In this document: positions 34,172 to 42,795 of the stretch, one piece after another
How the letters are laid out: each line of letters starts with the position of its first letter
How positions within the stretch are numbered: the first letter of the stretch is position 1
Virus record (IMG/VR): IMGVR_UViG_3300031910_000018
Coordinates: 1-42,922 of that record
Direction: 5' to 3' (one strand)
From: a virus
Lineage: Duplodnaviria; Caudoviricetes
DNA: 42,922 bases
The notes under the pieces: generated by a model
Databases searched by the model: none
Seen by the model: only the letters and a program-made list of their open reading frames with translations
What the model was told of the DNA's origin: nothing
Position numbers and translations under genes: made by a program

Positions 34172-34305
34172 CTGGTTCGATGAGGCGATCACACCACAGG
34201 ATCGATCAGAGATGGAAGAATGCCTGAGGCAGATCCTGCTCGTGCTATTGCGTGGACGCTTGGTCTGCGCATACGTACCCGAACTAATCGACCAAAGGAT
34301 GGGTG

Positions 34306-34461
34306 ATGCCCAGAGGTAAACTCAGACTGTGGCGGTATCTCACGGACGATGGTGAGGTGCACACGTTCTACGCACCCACCGTCGTCCTGGCGGACAAATA
34401 CGCCAAGCGATGGGCACGGAAGCAGGGGTATCGCAAACTCAAACGACTGCGGAGGAAGTGA
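34306..34461 (+). CDS. Small basic hypothetical protein (51 aa, not in the ORF track)
   Basis: AAAGGA upstream; MPRGKLRLWRYLTDDGEVHTFYAPT…. Confidence 0.5.
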   Translation: MPRGKLRLWRYLTDDGEVHTFYAPTVVLADKYAKRWARKQGYRKLKRLRRK

Positions 34462-34479
34462 AGACGCCGTCGATGGCAT

Positions 34480-34508
34480 TTGACAGCCCGAGCCCCAGCA
34501 TGTATAAT
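34480..34508 (+). promoter_or_regulatory. Perfect-consensus sigma70/SigA promoter
   Basis: TTGACA-17 bp-TATAAT. Confidence 0.9.
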
Positions 34509-34513
34509 AGACT

Positions 34514-34567
34514 GTGTCACTGCGTTACTACCCGCGCAGTTGACACTCATCCCCAGGGTAGGAAAGG
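34514..34567 (+). promoter_or_regulatory. Structured 5' leader (predicted H-type pseudoknot) abutting the RBS
   Basis: GTGTCA-CTGCG pairs with CGCAG-T-TGACAC; loop CTACCC pairs with GGGTAG at 34556-34561. Confidence 0.6.
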
Positions 34568-34576
34568 CAGGTACTA

Positions 34577-35197
34577 ATGGCACGTGCACGCAGCAAGGCA
34601 AAGGTCGAGGAACTCGACGAGGAGCTCGAGGACGAGGAGGAGCTCGACCTGGAAGACCTCGACGACGAGGCAGACCTCGAGGACGAGGACGTCGAAGAGG
34701 AAGACGAGGATGAGGACGAAGAGGAGCCTGCACCTCGCAAGAAGAAGAAGACCGCTGCGTCCAAGAAGAAGGCGAAGGCAGCTGAGGACGACGGGACAGT
34801 CGGCTCAGGCGATCTCGCCGAGGCACTTGGCACCGACGGTCGGAACCTTCGCGTGATGCTGCGCGCCAAGGGTGTCGGCAAGAACGAGAACAACCGCTAC
34901 GAGTGGGACTCGATCGAGGACGCACTCGAGGAGTTGGGCTTCGAGGACATCGACGAGGCGCAGGACGCGCTGAAGGAGGCACGCGACGAGAGGCTCGAGG
35001 AGCTGAAGTCGCGCAACGCCAAGAAGAAGAAGGCGGCAGCGAAGAAGAAGGCCGCCGAGGAAGAGGACGAAGACGAGGACGACGACGAGGACGAGGATGA
35101 CGAGGAAGAAGAGGAGGCGCCAGCACCGAAGAAGAAGGCGTCGACTCGGAAGCCCGCCGCCAAGAAGCCCTCGACTCGGACTCGGGCGAAGAAGTAG
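34577..35197 (+). CDS. HTH protein with alternating acidic and Lys/Ala-rich tails (nucleoid/histone-like)
   Basis: Core 'GDLAEALGTDGRNLRVMLRAKGVGKNENNRYEW'; D/E tracts and KKKAA tracts on both sides. Confidence 0.8.
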   Translation: MARARSKAKVEELDEELEDEEELDLEDLDDEADLEDEDVEEEDEDEDEEEPAPRKKKKTAASKKKAKAAEDDGTVGSGDLAEALGTDGRNLRVMLRAKGVGKNENNRYEWDSIEDALEELGFEDIDEAQDALKEARDERLEELKSRNAKKKKAAAKKKAAEEEDEDEDDDEDEDDEEEEEAPAPKKKASTRKPAAKKPSTRTRAKK

Positions 35198-35214
35198 TCA
35201 CTTCCAGGTACCTG

Positions 35215-35245
35215 GAAAGGGGCAGTCTTCGGGCTGCCTCTTTCT
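35215..35245 (+). terminator. Intrinsic terminator
   Basis: GAAAGGGGCAGTC-TTCG-GGCTGCCTCTTTC. Confidence 0.8.
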
Positions 35246-35402
35246 GGGCCCGCCATATGTCTAACGCATTGTCGGCTGCCAAGGTCGCGCGTCTGACGAC
35301 GCATACATCACATCACACGTCGCATGGCATTGTCACACTGGCGACCAAGGCTGCCACGAAAACACGTCCCAATACACTCGAATCACGCGAAACGAGGGCA
35401 TA

Positions 35403-35759
35403 TTGAGTCAGTTGGCTACATACACCGAACAGCATGAACGTCCCTATGCGCTGCGTCAGCCCAACGGTAAGGGCGTAGTCGAGGTCAGATTCGCAGACGG
35501 GTACGTCACCATCTACAGCCGACAGCCTGGCGCTCCGAAGTTCGAGCAGGAGATTCACATCAGCCGCCGGGCGTGGTATGCATTGCTGAATGACCACAGG
35601 CTGGTGAAGGTGAGTCGGATGATGACTGGTCCGTCGTTTGATCGCTACAAGGCTGAGCGACGCTACGCGCTAGCGGAAGCTCAGCATCAGGCAGAAATGC
35701 GCTTGCTGAAACGCTCGCTCTATGGGCGACAGCGTCGTCGGCGTCGTCGTAGAACTTAG
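35403..35759 (+). CDS. Hypothetical protein (start uncertain)
   Basis: ORF with protein-like composition and a poly-Arg end. Confidence 0.45.
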   Translation: MSQLATYTEQHERPYALRQPNGKGVVEVRFADGYVTIYSRQPGAPKFEQEIHISRRAWYALLNDHRLVKVSRMMTGPSFDRYKAERRYALAEAQHQAEMRLLKRSLYGRQRRRRRRRT

Positions 35760-36006
35760 TCTTGCGCCACTCATCCAGCTTCGTGTACCACTGGACGACA
35801 TCATCCATGAGATCCTGCTCGATCAGCAGTGTACTCAGGACGGAGATCGTCTCCATCGAATGGGCCACCATCCCTTCGTGGTCCTCGAGCAACTTGATGA
35901 GAGACAGGATCTCTAGACCCATGGCTGTACGGCCGGTGTCGAAGTTGTACCAGTACCTGGGTTGGGTCTTGAGGTAAGCCACAAAGACCTCAGTCGGACG
36001 GGCCAT
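35560..36006 (-). CDS. Hypothetical protein
   Basis: ATG 36006, follows 36011-36214. Confidence 0.55.
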   Translation of the reverse strand: MARPTEVFVAYLKTQPRYWYNFDTGRTAMGLEILSLIKLLEDHEGMVAHSMETISVLSTLLIEQDLMDDVVQWYTKLDEWRKTKFYDDADDAVAHRASVSASAFLPDAELPLARSVAQPCSDQTTDQSSSDSPSPACGHSAMHTTPGG

Positions 36007-36010
36007 ATAA

Positions 36011-36214
36011 CTACCCACAGCCTTCAACCTCCCTTCCCAATTTATCAACTCTCATATGAGAGTTGCCTTTACGAGTTGCGAACCGATAGTCCAGTCTCCT
36101 ACGTCGTTTCTGTTCCTCCGATATCCGCGCACGTATCAGTTCCTTGTAACCAGGGTAGGCATCAAGATGACGGTAGAATCGGTCGATTTCTTCCTCTGTC
36201 AATTTTCGCCTCAT
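36011..36214 (-). CDS. Hypothetical basic protein
   Basis: GAGGT precedes ATG 36214. Confidence 0.5.
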   Translation of the reverse strand: MRRKLTEEEIDRFYRHLDAYPGYKELIRARISEEQKRRRRLDYRFATRKGNSHMRVDKLGREVEGCG

Positions 36215-36233
36215 ATAGACCTCATGCCCCACT

Positions 36234-36275
36234 TTACACACACATATACCTTTAGGTATAGGTATGTGTGTGTAA
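36234..36275. repeat. AT-rich inverted repeat (13-bp perfect arms)
   Basis: TTACACACACATA … TATGTGTGTGTAA with an inner TACCT/AGGTA pair. Confidence 0.85.
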
Positions 36276-36299
36276 TAAGTATCGAGGATTTGGAGTATT

Positions 36300-36644
36300 T
36301 CACGAGGATGTACTTGTCGGATGTAGATTTGACCGCGATTCGATTGGGTCTGCAGGTTTCTCCCATATACCCAACGTGACGAGGTCGTCAGCCGTAAACC
36401 AAGGGTAGTCGCGTAAATCTCCCACCTCTGTGGTAGTGATTAGTTCATCCATCTTAGTCATGGAGATTGTCTTGCGCTGCCCATTGCGCCATCGTCGAAG
36501 GACCTTGAGACGTGTGTTGGATAGGTAAGCAACTTCACGCCACGTTCCATGCCTGTGACGCATACGCGCGAACAGTTCCAATACCTCCGGTGTGATCGGC
36601 GTGTAGAGGTCATTGTGCTTGGGGTGCGGTATCTTACGCGCCAT
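36300..36644 (-). CDS. HTH (XRE-like) protein
   Basis: 'GTWREVAYLSNTRLKVLRRWRNGQRKTIS'. Confidence 0.65.
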   Translation of the reverse strand: MARKIPHPKHNDLYTPITPEVLELFARMRHRHGTWREVAYLSNTRLKVLRRWRNGQRKTISMTKMDELITTTEVGDLRDYPWFTADDLVTLGIWEKPADPIESRSNLHPTSTSS

Positions 36645-38598
36645 TGTCGCTGCTCAGGTACATCCGCCACGCGTAACCCGCCCCACGCTTACCCCCTTCA
36701 AGTACAATCTCCTCCGAGTCGCGTGCGCGACCCATCACCGTGCGCTTGTCAACCTCGAGACGCTTCGCAGCCTGCACAGCAGTAATACCCGGCTCGCCAC
36801 GAATGAGGTCTACGATCGCACCGGTCAGATCGTACTTCAGTATCTCAGCCTTCATCGCCACACCACCTGGCTCACCCCACATGAACCGCACGTCCAAAGG
36901 ACGTTGTGGTTCCATCGACCGGAACTCGCACTCGAGGTGCGTGCCTACCCAACCAGTGCGCGGATCATCGACCTGATCGCAGTAGATAGCAGAGTCGACC
37001 CACCCGTGCAGCGTCGTAGACCCAAGCAAACGCTGCCCCGCACGAGTGCGTACAGACACGTTAGACCCTTGCGGTCGCTTACCCATGTGGTGCAAGATAG
37101 CGATAGCGCACTGGTACTCGTTCGATACTCGCAGCAACCAGGTCAGGAACGGATACAAGTTCTCAGCCCTATCTGTGGAAATACCACCGAAGATGAGGTA
37201 CATTGGATCCAGCACCACCAACGCGGGACGTACCTGGTCGATGGCTTCTACGAGCGCATCCTGATGCGAAGCATCAGTCAAGTCGAAGGCGAAGTTGTTT
37301 AGGAAGCGCAACGGCACCTCTGTGGGAAACTGGATCTCGATGGTATAGTCGCCGAGCGCACCGGGACCACTTTTCTCGAGTGAGTAGTCCCCCGAGCCGA
37401 TGAGTCCGTAGTACCGTGCCAGCTTGACGAGGCGGTCCTGCATCATCCATGGCGCGTTCTCCTCCTGGATGAATAACACGGGACCGGGGGTGTGAACCTT
37501 GTAGCGGTTGAGAAACGGTTTGCCTGATGCCACAGACAGTGCGAGAGCCATCGCGATGGAGGTCTTCGACGACTTCGGTTCACCGCCAATAATGCCGTGT
37601 GAGGCTGCGGTCCAGATGTCCTCGACGAGCCACTTCGGGTCGGGTAGTTCCATCTCGAGGAACTTCTCGTACCTGATCCACGGCAACTTGGGCTCGGCAG
37701 CCTTCAAGCCCTCTGTCTGAGTACCCACAACCTCCGACAAGTCGGTAGGTGGCGTCTTGCCACGAACGTGGCGAATCGCGCGCCGTATGTCACGCAGCAG
37801 GTTCACCCGCCCACTATGCAGACCCGCCCACTTGTTCCACGCGCACTGTTCCACAACCGCATAAATCTCCTCCTCACCCCACCCCGACTCAGCCAACAAG
37901 CACTCAAGCTCCCACAGTCGATCCGAGCGCTCGCCCTCAACGACCGCATCCGCTGGCACTCGCAGCAACGCCCGAGCGCGGGCTGGCATATCCCGCCGAG
38001 GGATGACCCCGTCAGTCAGCACCCCTCGAGCGGGGGCAGAACCACGCACGATCGCCCAGATGTCCATGGCCTTATAGCTAATGTCCGGGCGGTACCACAT
38101 CATACGCACCGGGGGTCCACCATCGTACTTCCAGTTCTGGGTGAACGGCAGCCGGAGAACTTGCGTGCGATCCCACCCGCCATGGTCAGCGCCCAGATGG
38201 TAAGAAAGAGCCTGGTTGATTCGCTCCCACTTCTCTGCTCCTACCCTGTGGTCTAGCTTCCACATCGCCTGATACCGCTCGGGCGACGACTCCCATGCCA
38301 GCGTCGGCACCGGCTCGACTTCGGGATAGACCTCATCGAGGTCTGCCCACAGCCAGTCAGAGGGCTTCATGTCCTCGTAGTTACGTCCGCGGGCAGTGAA
38401 CATGCCGGCACTGAAGTACAGCGACTCACGATCTTCGAGGCAGGAGTTGATGCGGCGAGTAACCAGCGAATCAGCTGGCCAACGTAGGTGGTACGGTACC
38501 CAGTACTGACCGACCTTCGCTGGGAGATCGACCCAGCCTCGTCGATCACCCCACACCACGTCAAGGAAATCTTCAGAGATCCAATCAGTTGTGTCCAC
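36634..38598 (-). CDS. Primase-helicase: RepB-type primase + AAA_25/RecA-like helicase + C-terminal HTH
   Basis: 'WADLD', 'WESSPERYQAMW', 'VLRLPFTQNWK'; Walker A 'GEPKSSKT', 'EE', 'VLDP', 'ILHH'. Confidence 0.88.
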   Translation of the reverse strand: MDTTDWISEDFLDVVWGDRRGWVDLPAKVGQYWVPYHLRWPADSLVTRRINSCLEDRESLYFSAGMFTARGRNYEDMKPSDWLWADLDEVYPEVEPVPTLAWESSPERYQAMWKLDHRVGAEKWERINQALSYHLGADHGGWDRTQVLRLPFTQNWKYDGGPPVRMMWYRPDISYKAMDIWAIVRGSAPARGVLTDGVIPRRDMPARARALLRVPADAVVEGERSDRLWELECLLAESGWGEEEIYAVVEQCAWNKWAGLHSGRVNLLRDIRRAIRHVRGKTPPTDLSEVVGTQTEGLKAAEPKLPWIRYEKFLEMELPDPKWLVEDIWTAASHGIIGGEPKSSKTSIAMALALSVASGKPFLNRYKVHTPGPVLFIQEENAPWMMQDRLVKLARYYGLIGSGDYSLEKSGPGALGDYTIEIQFPTEVPLRFLNNFAFDLTDASHQDALVEAIDQVRPALVVLDPMYLIFGGISTDRAENLYPFLTWLLRVSNEYQCAIAILHHMGKRPQGSNVSVRTRAGQRLLGSTTLHGWVDSAIYCDQVDDPRTGWVGTHLECEFRSMEPQRPLDVRFMWGEPGGVAMKAEILKYDLTGAIVDLIRGEPGITAVQAAKRLEVDKRTVMGRARDSEEIVLEGGKRGAGYAWRMYLSSDNGA

Positions 38599-38634
38599 CC
38601 ATTTCTCCTTTCAGGAATCGATCCCGACAGTACA

Positions 38635-38643
38635 TTGTATCAA
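38635..38643 (-). promoter_or_regulatory. Extended -10 promoter for the primase operon
   Basis: Minus strand TGaTACAAT upstream of the GAAAGGAG Shine-Dalgarno. Confidence 0.55.
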
Positions 38644-38872
38644 AGCCATGTAGCCTGAGAGAATCGAGTGACGCATGGAGGACGCGGATTTGATATGATC
38701 GTTGTGTCGCGCGTGCGTCGGGCACCGACGTACTGCGTGATCTGCGTCGCGCTTCCCTCCAGTCGCGTGACGCAGGGGCCGCGGGGTGTGTGTCCGGAAA
38801 ATGGATGGGTCAATATGACGGGGACCCCTCACACACCCCGCACTATCCGTACACTGACAACTAGGAGGTGTT

Positions 38873-39073
38873 ATGTCAGACTACCGTGACGTAGCGATGG
38901 CGTGTGCAGAGCTAATGGTTACGGTGGGTATCATCGAGGCAGCACTAGATGGTAACGATGATGCCCCTGACGAGGTGAAAGAGAACCTCACTGAGAAAGT
39001 CGATGCACTCGTAGAGCATCTGAACGGGGAGATCTTAGAGTTCCAGCAGTTCGGTGAAGCGTATGACCGCTAG
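38873..39073 (+). CDS. Hypothetical protein
   Basis: AGGAGGT Shine-Dalgarno. Confidence 0.7.
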   Translation: MSDYRDVAMACAELMVTVGIIEAALDGNDDAPDEVKENLTEKVDALVEHLNGEILEFQQFGEAYDR

Positions 39074-39803
39074 GAAAACTAAGGTCAGTTCACGAAGGCT
39101 ACGTAGGAAGCTTCGCATCAAGGATCTCTACGGCGAGGGGGTGAGTGGTAATCTACTCCGTGGGCGGTACGGGACTGACAAGGTGTATGCTTGGTTCCAG
39201 AATCGCCATCGACGAGGCATTCATCAGCTCGACGGCGGTGTGTACCACAGTGGTAAGCATTCGTGGCGCGTGCCGGCAAGTGTGGTGATATGCCTTGAGG
39301 AACCGCTCAGCAACTCGCAGATGAACAACCGTCTAGCCTGGTACGTGACGTGGGTGTCACCGCGAACAGGCAACCGCTTGAAGAAGTACTTCATGTCACC
39401 TTGGTTAGCAATGGAGTTCATCGCAACGAAGGCCGTACACGTAGACCCTCATACTGCGTTGGTGTCACGCACGAGGCCATACGATGTACCCGCGAAGTAT
39501 CGGGGTAAGTTCCCGATCAGGCAGGAATATAAGGGCAGGACGAGAACGTGGTACTGGTGTCCACTGTGCATGCAGCCGAGGCGATTCAGGGCAGTTCGCC
39601 CGCTGCAGGAGTTCTACGCGATGGTCAAGGTGTGGTCGGACGAGAAGAAGAGGTACAAGTGGGTAGACCGAAAGCTACGGCTGCTTGAGTGCCAGTACTG
39701 TGGGTGCACGAACCGCGAGACCGTGTTCAGACGAAGCAACCAACCATGGGAGATCCGGAAGTTCAAGCGCGGCGTGCGTCGCGCAAGGAGAAGGAGGAAG
39801 TGA
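39063..39803 (+). CDS. Basic Zn-ribbon protein
   Basis: 'WYWCPLC…ECQYCG'; very Arg/Lys-rich. Confidence 0.65.
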   Translation: MTARKTKVSSRRLRRKLRIKDLYGEGVSGNLLRGRYGTDKVYAWFQNRHRRGIHQLDGGVYHSGKHSWRVPASVVICLEEPLSNSQMNNRLAWYVTWVSPRTGNRLKKYFMSPWLAMEFIATKAVHVDPHTALVSRTRPYDVPAKYRGKFPIRQEYKGRTRTWYWCPLCMQPRRFRAVRPLQEFYAMVKVWSDEKKRYKWVDRKLRLLECQYCGCTNRETVFRRSNQPWEIRKFKRGVRRARRRRK

Positions 39804-40015
39804 TGCCTGACTTCAAAGGCTTCGTGCTCAAGCTGGAGTTCCGTGACCCGGAGGAGGTGGAGGTTTTCCTGCGGGGAACCATTGTCGCGAAGCAGAACAA
39901 CAGCAGCCCTCTGTGGGACGACATCATCTCGGGGATCAACAGCTCAATGGCCAAGTTCTGGGAGGAGCGGATGAATGAGGAGCTGGGTGCGAGAACTGCC
40001 GCCGGCATGCCGTGA
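39803..40015 (+). CDS. Hypothetical protein
   Basis: AGGAGG and TGATG coupling. Confidence 0.65.
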   Translation: MPDFKGFVLKLEFRDPEEVEVFLRGTIVAKQNNSSPLWDDIISGINSSMAKFWEERMNEELGARTAAGMP

Positions 40016-40299
40016 GTAGAAGTATAGCAAGTTGGAAAGATAGAAAGGTAGCGAAGCCTCCTAATCGCTATCGTGATCGGAATCTGAGATCCCGATACGG
40101 GATAACGCTCGCTGAATACGAGGAGATGGTAGAGGAGCAGGGCGGTAGGTGTGCCCTATGTGGTAAGCGACAGAAGCTCTGTGTAGACCATGACCACAGT
40201 AGTGGTGAGGTGAGAGGGCTCCTCTGCAAGATCTGCAACAGCCGTCTTGGGTGGTGGGAGACTAACAAGGAGCTCATCGAGGTCTACCTTGAAGTATAA
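40012..40299 (+). CDS. Endonuclease VII-family HNH nuclease
   Basis: 'YGIT…QGGRCALC…VDHDHSSGEVRGLLCKICN..LG'. Confidence 0.9.
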   Translation: MSRSIASWKDRKVAKPPNRYRDRNLRSRYGITLAEYEEMVEEQGGRCALCGKRQKLCVDHDHSSGEVRGLLCKICNSRLGWWETNKELIEVYLEV

Positions 40300-41722
40300 G
40301 CCACGCACAAAACCCTTCAAGCACCAATCCAGGGCAACCCTCAAAGCGGTGAGGCATAGAAACCTTGCCGTATTCATGGAGCCACGACTCGGGAAAACGA
40401 AAGTGGCCCTGGACTATGCAGCAATCCTCGCGTTGAAGGGGGAAGTCAAGCGAGTGGTGATCTTCGCGCCGTCAATCGCCCTCGACGTCTGGCGCTCGGA
40501 GCTGCGTAAGCATTACCCGCTGTCGTACACGGTGGAGGATTTTGACTTCGTTTACCCGAGCGTTGTCAGATCAGACAACCATGTCCAGACCGCATTTTTT
40601 CTGGCAGGTAGGGAAGAAACTTTCCGGGCGTCTCGTCCTTCGGTGAACCTCGAGCGCCCCAAGCAGCGAATCATCGAGGAATGGAGGCCGGATGTTATCG
40701 TGGTTGATGAGGCACACCAGTACAAGCGCCCCGGTGGTCGTGGTGCACAGGACGCGTGGAGGCTTGTACGTCGTCTTCGAAAGCGAAACGCTACCGGAAG
40801 ACCCTACTGTCTCCTTCTTACGGGCACTCCCAACCCCAAAGGGTGGCGCGATCTTTTTGCCCAGTTCCGCATCATGGACGACTCGCTTCTGGGTACGAAC
40901 GCTGCTGCTTTTGACGAGGCGTATGTTATTCGTGGAGTTGGCCGACGGCGTTGGACAATCATCCGATACCAGAACCTCGCCCGACTTGAGCGAATCGTCC
41001 GACGTAACAGCATAAGCTGCACCGCGAGGCAAGCTGGCCTCGAGGGCAAGCTGTTCTGGCAGGTCCTGCCTGTACGTCTACCACAGAAAGCGAAGGAGCT
41101 GTATGACGAACTCGCAGAGAACTACATTGTTGAGACCGATCGCGGAGTTATTGATGCCGCTAATCAAGGTGTGCTCAGACTTCGTCTGGTCCAACTTACC
41201 TCCGGATTCACCACCGACGGAGAGCAGATCCACGAAGCTAAGGTCAGAGGACTCAAGGATTATGCTGACCAGCTCAGCGATCAGGACGAGTCAGTCGTCG
41301 TCTGCTGCCGTTTCACTGCTGAGATCGACAGATACCGAGAAGTCCTTCGCAAAGCTGGGTATCATGTTGGGGTGTTGGACGGACGAACCCGGCGCAGAGA
41401 TCGTGGTGACGTGGTCGCCCGCTTCCAAACTGGCAAAGGCATCCAAGCCCTCGTCGTCCAGCATCAGGCTGGGAGTCTCGCCATCGAACTCACACGCGCC
41501 GCTGAGGTTATCTTTCCGACGTTACCCGACGACTGGGTCGCCTACTGGCAGTGCCTCAACCGACTCCGAGGGCCTAATCAGCACAGGCCTGTTAGAGTTA
41601 CTGCGATCCTCGCGTCTGGCACAGTCGATCCTCGTATCCTTCAAGGACTACGACGAAAGGAGGACTGGCACGGAGACCTGATGCGTGATCCGCACAGGTT
41701 CCTCCGCGACGTGATACAATGA
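40289..41722 (+). CDS. SNF2-like (SF2) helicase
   Basis: 'PFKHQ', 'MEPRLGKT', 'DEAH', 'LTGTP', HelicC region. Confidence 0.9.
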   Translation: MKYKPRTKPFKHQSRATLKAVRHRNLAVFMEPRLGKTKVALDYAAILALKGEVKRVVIFAPSIALDVWRSELRKHYPLSYTVEDFDFVYPSVVRSDNHVQTAFFLAGREETFRASRPSVNLERPKQRIIEEWRPDVIVVDEAHQYKRPGGRGAQDAWRLVRRLRKRNATGRPYCLLLTGTPNPKGWRDLFAQFRIMDDSLLGTNAAAFDEAYVIRGVGRRRWTIIRYQNLARLERIVRRNSISCTARQAGLEGKLFWQVLPVRLPQKAKELYDELAENYIVETDRGVIDAANQGVLRLRLVQLTSGFTTDGEQIHEAKVRGLKDYADQLSDQDESVVVCCRFTAEIDRYREVLRKAGYHVGVLDGRTRRRDRGDVVARFQTGKGIQALVVQHQAGSLAIELTRAAEVIFPTLPDDWVAYWQCLNRLRGPNQHRPVRVTAILASGTVDPRILQGLRRKEDWHGDLMRDPHRFLRDVIQ

Positions 41723-41756
41723 CGTGATAGCAAACTCGACAAGGAGGTAGCACGCA

Positions 41757-41936
41757 GTGTCCATGCGTTGGCAGGTCAAAGGTCTGACGCTCGAGAACTA
41801 CAATAAGCGGGGTGGGTCAGTCGGTGAACCGTTCGCGGCAGTGCAGATCAAGAAGGGAACCACAATCATCCTCACCAAGGAGAACGTGTTCTACGAGGGC
41901 GACGAGGAGCAGTCCTCGACGAAGGTGAAGCCATGA
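41757..41936 (+). CDS. Small hypothetical protein (59 aa, not in the ORF track)
   Basis: TGaTACAAT promoter and AAGGAGGT Shine-Dalgarno upstream; ATGA overlap with the kinase. Confidence 0.6.
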   Translation: MSMRWQVKGLTLENYNKRGGSVGEPFAAVQIKKGTTIILTKENVFYEGDEEQSSTKVKP

Positions 41937-42481
41937 TCCCGATGATCGTCGAGGGTCCTGACGGGGCAGGTAAGACATACCTAGCCGAGAAGCTGGCCGA
42001 TCACTACGGCCTCGAGTACTGTCGCCCGCCGGCAGAGTTGCTGACATCTACGCATGGCCCAGCCGATGGCTTGGTCGAGTGGTGGGATGGGCAACTGGCG
42101 CAGGCGCCGAGTGATCTGTCGATGAAGATCTACGACCGCTGCTTCTATATCTCCGACCCGATCTACCAACTGGCAGTACCACAGAGGAAGTTGTTCGTCC
42201 CATCCGACGAGCTGGTGCGAGGAATCTCCAGACTGTGGAACGTCGAACCATTCCTGATCTTCTGTCTACCACCGTGGGACGTGCAACTCGGCAACGTCAT
42301 GAACCCAGCCCGCGAGCGACTACTGGGCGTGGACGTCGAGACGCTGCTCAAGGTCAACAACGCCTACTGGTCTGCGTATGCGATGTGGTCGCAGGCGCTG
42401 TACGACAACGTGCTCAAGTACGACTACACGGAGGAGAGTGCATGGGACACACTGATAGACCATCTCGAAGCCGTGACCTGA
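41933..42481 (+). CDS. P-loop nucleoside monophosphate (thymidylate-kinase-like) kinase
   Basis: 'IVEGPDGAGKT' and 'IYDR…ISDPIY'. Confidence 0.8.
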   Translation: MIPMIVEGPDGAGKTYLAEKLADHYGLEYCRPPAELLTSTHGPADGLVEWWDGQLAQAPSDLSMKIYDRCFYISDPIYQLAVPQRKLFVPSDELVRGISRLWNVEPFLIFCLPPWDVQLGNVMNPARERLLGVDVETLLKVNNAYWSAYAMWSQALYDNVLKYDYTEESAWDTLIDHLEAVT

Positions 42482-42795
42482 GGACGGTTCAGGGCGAGCA
42501 TCGCTACTGGCTTCAGCACAACTTCCCGAACCAGACACGCGAGCAGATCATGCTTGGCATGACTGAGGAACTGGGTGAGATTGCTCATCACCTACTCAAG
42601 CGCGCACAGGGTATTCGTGGGGAGGGTGTCGACCACGACGCAGAGATCCGCGACGGGTGTGCTGACCTCGTCATCTTCATGATGGGGTTGGCAGACCTCG
42701 AGGGCTTCGGCCTGATGGACGCGATCAACGAGGCATGGGACAAAGTCAAACACCGTGATTGGGTACTGCACCCAAAGGATGGTATAACTCAGTGA
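42442..42795 (+). CDS. MazG-like nucleotide pyrophosphohydrolase
   Basis: 'MTEELGEIAH…EIRDGCADLVIF…WDKVKHRDW'; GGAGGAG precedes ATG 42442. Confidence 0.85.
   Translation: MGHTDRPSRSRDLRTVQGEHRYWLQHNFPNQTREQIMLGMTEELGEIAHHLLKRAQGIRGEGVDHDAEIRDGCADLVIFMMGLADLEGFGLMDAINEAWDKVKHRDWVLHPKDGITQ

Noticed and set aside
34600-35120. GAG/GAC/AAG trinucleotide runs (also 4400-4520 and 23160-23260) as DNA repeat arrays
   Set aside because: They are explained by acidic or Lys-rich low-complexity protein tracts.
35202-35217. Perfect 16-bp palindrome TTCCAGGTACCTGGAA
   Set aside because: It is a single instance overlapping the terminator stem, with no second copy to support an operator role.
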